Part shown: positions 57,884 through 64,000 of the stretch, piece by piece
Position numbering within the stretch: the first letter of the stretch is position 1
Layout of the letters: each line of letters starts with the position of its first letter
Assembly: GCF_022493755.1 (NCBI RefSeq)
Contig: NZ_CP028767.1
DNA from: Escherichia coli
Lineage (GTDB): Bacteria > Pseudomonadota > Gammaproteobacteria > Enterobacterales > Enterobacteriaceae
Length of the DNA stretch: 64,000 nucleotides
Reading direction: 5' to 3' (one strand)
Translations under genes and position numbers: made by a program
The notes under the pieces: model-generated
Seen by the model: the letters and a program-made list of their open reading frames with translations, nothing else
Database searches by the model: none
What the model was told of the DNA's origin: nothing

Positions 57884-60307
57884 TTACCCTTCGCCCTGCG
57901 TCGCACTCTCAATCGTCAAACGCACGTCTGATGTAATCAACTCCGCCAGCAACTGATAAACCTTCATCGTTTCTGCCGGTTCGGCGTCGCCGCTATCGCT
58001 GATATACCCTTCATCACGCAGCGTCAGCACCAGAGAACTGAACACCGCCTTGTCGAAGAACTCCGGCGCGTTGATGCCGTGCAGCACGGAGAGACGTTGC
58101 GCGACGGTGCGGCTCTCTTTCTCCAGCGTACCGCGGTTGATCGACGGGTTGGCACTCAACAACCAGAAGGTGATGGCATAACGTTGCAGCGTTTCGCGCG
58201 CGCCTGCGGCCAGCAGCTGTAGGGTGCGAGAATGCGCCGGGTTGATATGCAACTCATCATCTTGCAGGGTAATCAGCCCCTGACGTTGCATCTCATTTGC
58301 CAGCGCATCAATAACGTCCGGCAACTCGTCGCGATCCCAGCGCAGGAACAGCTCCGCTTTCAGCATTGGGTAAAGCACATTGACGTGCTCCATCAATACG
58401 TCGCGGGAGATGTGGCGATGCTGGGTGACAATTGCCGCCATCAGCGAAGGCAGCACCAACATATGCGCAATGTTGTTGCGATAGTAGGTCATCAGCACCG
58501 CTTGCTCGCGTGGCAGAATGATGATGTCGCCGATAGTGTCTTTCTCGACTTCAAACTTGTTCATTTGCAGCGCGTGATCGATAAGCTCGCTGGCGCTGGC
58601 TGAAGGAACGGTAGAGTCCGTGGAGTAAGGTACGTTGCGCATCAGATCCAGGTAGCAGTTGAGTTGCTCGGTTAACTGCTCGCGGGTGAGTGAGCGCTGA
58701 CGTGATGCCAGTAGCGCAGTACAGCACAGGTTCATGGCGTTTGCCGCGCCTGCGTTGTTAATGCGTACCATCAGATCGGCAGCAATATTATTGACCGTCG
58801 GCGTTAACCAGGCCGGACGCACCGCTTCGATGGGATCGATAGATTCACGCCAGTCTGGTACGTGCTGGTTAAGGTAGGTCATCAACGGCATTGGTTCACC
58901 GAAGTTGACGTAACCCTGACCGAGATTACGCAGCTTGCTTAAACCGCGCAGCATCTGCGGCAGGCTCTCTTTCTCTTTCGTCGCGCCGCGCAGTTCTTTG
59001 GCGTAAGTACCCACTTCCATGACGTGCTCATAACCGATATAGATCGGAATCAGCGTAATCGGACGCGTGCCGCCACGCAGCATCGCCTGAATGGTCATCG
59101 ACAGCGTACCGGTTTTCGGATCCAGCAAACGCCCCGTGCGGGAACGACCGCCTTCCACGAAGTACTCGACGGAATAACCACGGCTGAACAGTTCGCCGAG
59201 ATACTCACGGAAAACGGTGGAATAAAGTTTATTGCCTTTAAAAGTACGGCGAATAAAGAACGCCCCCAGACGGCGGAAAATCGGCCCGGCCGGCCAGAAG
59301 TTCAGGTTGATCCCGGCGGCGATATGCGGCGGCACCAGCCCCTGGTGGTACAGCACGTAAGAAAGTAGCAGGTAGTCCATGTGACTGCGGTGGCAAGGCA
59401 CATACACCAGCTCATGACCGTCGTGGGCCAGCTGGCGAACGCGCTCGGCGTTATGGACGTTGATGCCCTGATAAAGTCGGTTCCAGGTGAAGCCCAGAAT
59501 GCGGTCAGTCAGGCGGATCATCTCGTAAGAGAAATTCGCCGCAATCTCTTCCATCAGCGCAATCGCGTTCTGCTGCGCTTTTTCATGGGAGATTTTTTTG
59601 CTGCGCGCTTCATCTTCTACCGCTTTGGCAATGGCGCGGGAGGCGAGCAGCTTATTAAACAGATCCTGACGAGCAGGCAGACGTGGGCCCACAGCAGCCA
59701 GACGTTGACGGGCAAAGTGCATACGCGCCACGCGCGCCAGTTTCTGAGCGATAGTTTTATCTGTGCCGTGTTCATCGGCCATGCGGCGCAGAGAAACTGA
59801 CGGCGAGAAACGCACAAAACTGTCGCGACCGAGCCACAGTACGGCGAAAAATTTTTGTACGCCGTTAAGCATACGCAGCGGCGGGTTTACTTCGCCTTTT
59901 TCACGCCCCGGCGCGCGACCAAACATCACCGATACTGGCACCATCTGCACATCCAGATTTGGGTTGCTGCGGTGCAAATCAAGATAGTCGTGGAACAGCT
60001 TAATAGACTCTTCTTTCGGCGTGTAATAGGTGAACACACGCGGCCCGCCGTGAATGAACACATAGCGCGGCAGTAGCGTGCCGTCGATTTCCAGCGGCTC
60101 TAACGGGTCAGGCAAGTCATGAGCCAGACACTGGGCGCGCAACGTCAGCAAATCTGCTTTCGAGTTGTACGGTAAAACGTACATAATTGGACGAGAGGTA
60201 TCCAGCCCCAGTTCCGGGGCAGGATCTGCCGGAATAGACTTGCTTTTTACCAGGATGCTTAATGGTAAATTCAGTAATTTGTAGTAAATTCGTGGCCAGC
60301 CGGACAT
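57884..60307 (-). CDS. plsB: Glycerol-3-phosphate acyltransferase
   Basis: ORF 57884..60367 trimmed to [27 protein letters not shown]...; 807 aa; HxxxxD acyltransferase motif [11 protein letters not shown]. Confidence 0.93.
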
Positions 60308-60477
60308 AAACGATGTAAAGCCTCTGGTTAATAATGCAAATGCGCGGCAAGGATAGCAGAAAGTCATGGGAAATTCTGTGGTATCCGCTCATGTTTCGCG
60401 CGGCGTTACGCAAACCCGAATCATCGGATTTAACGGTACACTGATATTGACGCTCATAATGTAAAAAGGTTCTTTCA

Positions 60478-60846
60478 ATGGCCAATAATACCACTGGATT
60501 CACCCGAATTATCAAAGCTGCTGGCTATTCCTGGAAAGGTTTACGCGCTGCATGGATCAACGAAGCGGCATTCCGTCAGGAAGGCGTAGCGGTATTGTTG
60601 GCGGTGGTCATCGCCTGCTGGCTGGATGTGGACGCAATTACCCGCGTGCTGCTTATCAGCTCCGTGATGCTGGTGATGATTGTGGAAATCCTCAATAGCG
60701 CCATCGAAGCAGTGGTTGACCGAATTGGCTCTGAATACCATGAGCTTTCCGGACGCGCAAAAGATATGGGATCCGCCGCGGTGCTGATTGCCATTATCGT
60801 CGCCGTGATTACCTGGTGCATCCTGTTATGGTCGCATTTTGGATAA
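60478..60846 (+). CDS. dgkA: Diacylglycerol kinase
   Basis: 122-aa ORF MANNTTGFTRIIKAAGYSWKGLRAAWINEAAFRQE... Confidence 0.95.
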   Translation: MANNTTGFTRIIKAAGYSWKGLRAAWINEAAFRQEGVAVLLAVVIACWLDVDAITRVLLISSVMLVMIVEILNSAIEAVVDRIGSEYHELSGRAKDMGSAAVLIAIIVAVITWCILLWSHFG

Positions 60847-60910
60847 CCCTTCCAGATTTCGATAAATCTCTGGTTTATTGTGCAGTTTATGGTTCCAAAA
60901 TCGCCTTTTG

Positions 60911-60947
60911 CTGTATATACTCACAGCATAACTGTATATACACCCAG
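60911..60947 (+). promoter_or_regulatory. Two tandem LexA (SOS) boxes in the lexA promoter
   Basis: CTGTATATACTCACAG (60911-60926) and CTGTATATACACCCAG (60932-60947), CTGT-N8-ACAG. Confidence 0.9.
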
Positions 60948-60955
60948 GGGGCGGA

Positions 60956-61564
60956 ATGAAAGCGTTAACGGCCAGGCAACAAGAGGTGTTTGATCTCATC
61001 CGTGATCACATCAGCCAGACAGGTATGCCGCCGACGCGTGCGGAAATCGCGCAGCGTTTGGGGTTCCGTTCCCCAAACGCGGCTGAAGAACATCTGAAGG
61101 CGCTGGCACGCAAAGGCGTTATTGAAATTGTTTCCGGCGCATCACGCGGGATTCGTCTGTTGCAGGAAGAGGAAGAAGGGTTGCCGCTGGTAGGTCGTGT
61201 GGCTGCCGGTGAACCGCTTCTGGCGCAACAGCATATTGAAGGTCATTATCAGGTCGATCCTTCCTTGTTCAAGCCGAATGCTGATTTCCTGCTGCGCGTC
61301 AGCGGGATGTCGATGAAAGATATCGGCATTATGGATGGTGACTTGCTGGCAGTGCATAAAACTCAGGATGTACGTAACGGTCAGGTCGTTGTCGCACGTA
61401 TTGATGACGAAGTTACCGTTAAGCGCCTGAAAAAACAGGGCAATAAAGTCGAACTGTTGCCAGAAAATAGCGAGTTTAAACCAATTGTCGTTGACCTTCG
61501 TCAGCAGAGCTTCACCATTGAAGGGCTGGCGGTTGGGGTTATTCGCAACGGCGACTGGCTGTAA
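60956..61564 (+). CDS. lexA: SOS repressor LexA
   Basis: 202-aa [61 protein letters not shown]... Confidence 0.97.
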   Translation: MKALTARQQEVFDLIRDHISQTGMPPTRAEIAQRLGFRSPNAAEEHLKALARKGVIEIVSGASRGIRLLQEEEEGLPLVGRVAAGEPLLAQQHIEGHYQVDPSLFKPNADFLLRVSGMSMKDIGIMDGDLLAVHKTQDVRNGQVVVARIDDEVTVKRLKKQGNKVELLPENSEFKPIVVDLRQQSFTIEGLAVGVIRNGDWL

Positions 61565-61582
61565 CATATCTCTGAGACCGCG

Positions 61583-62962
61583 ATGCCGCCAGGCGTCGCG
61601 GTTTGTTTTTCATCTCTCTTCATCAGGCTTGTCTGCATGGCATTCCTCACTTCATCTGATAAAGCACTCTGGCATCTCGCCTTACCCATGATTTTCTCCA
61701 ATATCACCGTTCCGTTGCTGGGACTGGTCGATACGGCGGTAATTGGTCATCTTGATAGCCCGGTTTATTTGGGCGGCGTGGCGGTTGGTGCAACGGCGAC
61801 CAGCTTTCTCTTTATGCTGTTGCTGTTTTTACGCATGAGCACCACCGGGCTGACTGCGCAGGCTTATGGTGCCAAAAATCCTCAGGCATTAGCCCGTGCG
61901 CTGGTGCAACCGTTGCTGTTGGCGTTGGGGGCTGGGGCGTTAATTGCGCTGCTGCGTACACCGATTATCGATCTGGCGCTGCATATTGTTGGCGGTAGTG
62001 AAGCGGTCCTGGAACAGGCGCGGCGCTTTCTTGAAATCCGCTGGTTAAGCGCTCCGGCGTCGCTGGCGAATCTGGTATTACTCGGTTGGTTACTCGGCGT
62101 GCAATATGCCCGTGCGCCAGTAATTTTGTTAGTGGTCGGCAATATCCTCAACATTGTGCTGGATGTCTGGCTGGTGATGGGGCTACATATGAACGTGCAG
62201 GGCGCGGCGCTGGCGACGGTTATTGCGGAATATGCAACATTGCTGATTGGTCTGCTAATGGTGCGTAAAATCCTCAAACTACGCGGAATTTCCGGCGAAA
62301 TACTGAAAACTGCCTGGCGAGGAAACTTCCGTCGCTTGCTGGCGCTTAACCGCGATATCATGCTGCGTTCGCTGTTGTTGCAACTCTGTTTCGGCGCGAT
62401 CACCGTACTTGGTGCGCGACTGGGGAGTGACATTATCGCTGTTAACGCGGTTCTGATGACGCTACTCACCTTTACCGCCTATGCGCTTGATGGTTTTGCC
62501 TACGCGGTTGAAGCGCACTCCGGTCAGGCATACGGTGCGCGCGACGGTAGCCAGTTGCTGGATGTATGGCGGGCAGCGTGCCGCCAGTCGGGGATTGTAG
62601 CGTTACTGTTTTCGGTGGTTTATTTGCTGGCAGGGGAACACATCATTGCGTTGCTGACGTCGTTAACCCAGATTCAGCAGCTGGCTGACCGCTATCTTAT
62701 CTGGCAGGTGATTTTGCCGTTGGTTGGCGTCTGGTGTTATCTGCTGGACGGCATGTTTATAGGCGCAACGCGTGCCGCCGAAATGCGTAACAGTATGGCG
62801 GTGGCCGCCGCAGGTTTTGCGCTGACGCTCCTTACGCTGCCGTGGCTGGGTAATCATGGTTTGTGGCTGGCATTAACCGTCTTTCTGGCGTTGCGCGGGC
62901 TTTCTCTGGCGGCTATCTGGCGGCGTCACTGGCGCAACGGTACCTGGTTTGCCGCAACGTGA
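61583..62962 (+). CDS. dinF: DNA-damage-inducible MATE-family efflux protein DinF
   Basis: 459-aa polytopic membrane ORF immediately downstream of lexA. Confidence 0.88.
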   Translation: MPPGVAVCFSSLFIRLVCMAFLTSSDKALWHLALPMIFSNITVPLLGLVDTAVIGHLDSPVYLGGVAVGATATSFLFMLLLFLRMSTTGLTAQAYGAKNPQALARALVQPLLLALGAGALIALLRTPIIDLALHIVGGSEAVLEQARRFLEIRWLSAPASLANLVLLGWLLGVQYARAPVILLVVGNILNIVLDVWLVMGLHMNVQGAALATVIAEYATLLIGLLMVRKILKLRGISGEILKTAWRGNFRRLLALNRDIMLRSLLLQLCFGAITVLGARLGSDIIAVNAVLMTLLTFTAYALDGFAYAVEAHSGQAYGARDGSQLLDVWRAACRQSGIVALLFSVVYLLAGEHIIALLTSLTQIQQLADRYLIWQVILPLVGVWCYLLDGMFIGATRAAEMRNSMAVAAAGFALTLLTLPWLGNHGLWLALTVFLALRGLSLAAIWRRHWRNGTWFAAT

Positions 62963-63077
62963 CGGTTAAAAATTCTGAATAAATTATCCTAAGCCAAATT
63001 GCTGACTACACTTAATCTCACGTTCAGAAGAAAAGTGAACGTACTCTCATTCACAACCTAACGATGAGGTCTTGATT

Positions 63078-63287
63078 ATGAATAAAGATGAAGCCGGCGG
63101 TAACTGGAAACAGTTTAAAGGTAAAGTGAAAGAGCAATGGGGCAAACTGACCGATGATGATATGACGATCATTGAAGGTAAACGTGATCAACTGGTCGGT
63201 AAAATCCAGGAACGTTATGGTTATCAGAAAGATCAGGCAGAAAAAGAGGTCGTGGATTGGGAAACCCGCAATGAATATCGCTGGTAA
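63078..63287 (+). CDS. yjbJ: CsbD-family stress-response protein YjbJ
   Basis: ORF 63072..63287 trimmed to MNKDEAGGNWKQFKGKVKEQWGKLTDDDMT...; 69 aa. Confidence 0.85.
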   Translation: MNKDEAGGNWKQFKGKVKEQWGKLTDDDMTIIEGKRDQLVGKIQERYGYQKDQAEKEVVDWETRNEYRW

Positions 63288-63328
63288 TTAATCCCTCCTG
63301 CCCGACGTGTACAAGGATGTACGCCCTC

Positions 63329-63844
63329 TTAACGCGGTTTCTTTTTCACCTGCACAGAGTGATCATGCTGGCACTGTTCAGGATGACGACACGCTTCCAC
63401 TTCCACGCATGCCGCACAGAGCCCATGTGCTTCAATCACATTATGCCGCAGGGCAAACCCCATTTTTGCCGCCAGCGTATGCATAATGTCTTCCACGCCT
63501 TCTGCACACTCTTCTTTCACCGCGCCGCAGCGATCGCATATAAACATGGCTGACGTATGCGTGGGCTGGTCGAACAGATGACAGAGCACATAACTGTTGG
63601 TGGATTCCACCTTATGCACAAAACCTTGCTCAAGCAGAAAATCCAGCGCGCGATAAACCGTTGGCGGCTTGGCTTGCGGTTCAGCTTCGCGCAGTAAATC
63701 AAGCAGATCATAAGCGCTGATAGCGCCATCCTGCAGACTCATCAGGCGCAACACTTCCAGGCGCTGTGGGGTCAGGCGCACATTACGCTGCGCGCAGATT
63801 TTTTCAGCCTGCGCTAATAACTCCTGCGTTGTGGTCTTTTCCAT
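63329..63844 (-). CDS. zur: Zinc uptake regulator Zur (Fur family)
   Basis: ORF 63329..63904 trimmed to MEKTTTQELLAQAEKICAQRNVRLTPQRLEVLRLM...; 171 aa; metal-binding HxH/CxxC motifs. Confidence 0.88.
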   Translation of the reverse strand: MEKTTTQELLAQAEKICAQRNVRLTPQRLEVLRLMSLQDGAISAYDLLDLLREAEPQAKPPTVYRALDFLLEQGFVHKVESTNSYVLCHLFDQPTHTSAMFICDRCGAVKEECAEGVEDIMHTLAAKMGFALRHNVIEAHGLCAACVEVEACRHPEQCQHDHSVQVKKKPR

Positions 63845-64000
63845 CGGGCACCTCAAAGTGGGGGTTAAGAATGTCCTTACTTTACCATGTTCCAGGAAAA
63901 ACACCGAGAACCCTTATTGTTGCCGTAATGTTGATTTTCTGTTTTGTAGGTAAGGTGTTGTGTTGCCTTGTCGTACCATTATCAACACGATAATAATTAA

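Overview
This window is an Escherichia coli-type chromosomal segment: hemE'-nfi-yjaG-hupA-yjaH, zraP/zraSR, purHD, the complete rrnE-type rRNA operon (16S, tRNA-Glu, 23S, 5S), yjaB, metA, aceBAK, an arpA-like locus, iclR, metH, yjbB, pepE, rluF, yjbD, lysC, pgi, yjbEFGH, psiE, xylE, the maltose regulon (malGFE / malK-lamB-malM), yjbI, ubiCA, plsB, dgkA, lexA-dinF, yjbJ and zur. Gene calls rest on reading the supplied ORF translations and recognising the protein families; no database search was run, and all comparisons to K-12 are from memory. The main non-backbone feature is a roughly 3.5 kb insertion between yjbD and lysC (32455-36014). It carries a translationally coupled pair, an SPFH/band-7 protein with no membrane anchor plus a small Pol-beta-type nucleotidyltransferase, and a convergent low-GC zeta-toxin-like P-loop kinase with no visible antitoxin gene. 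This is a candidate uncharacterised toxin or defence-type module. Other strain-specific differences are an arpA locus split into two ORFs and shorter than I recall for K-12, an apparent absence of yjaA between rrfE and yjaB, and an extra 98-bp repeat unit in the aceA-aceK intergenic region. No CRISPR array, IS element or prophage was seen.
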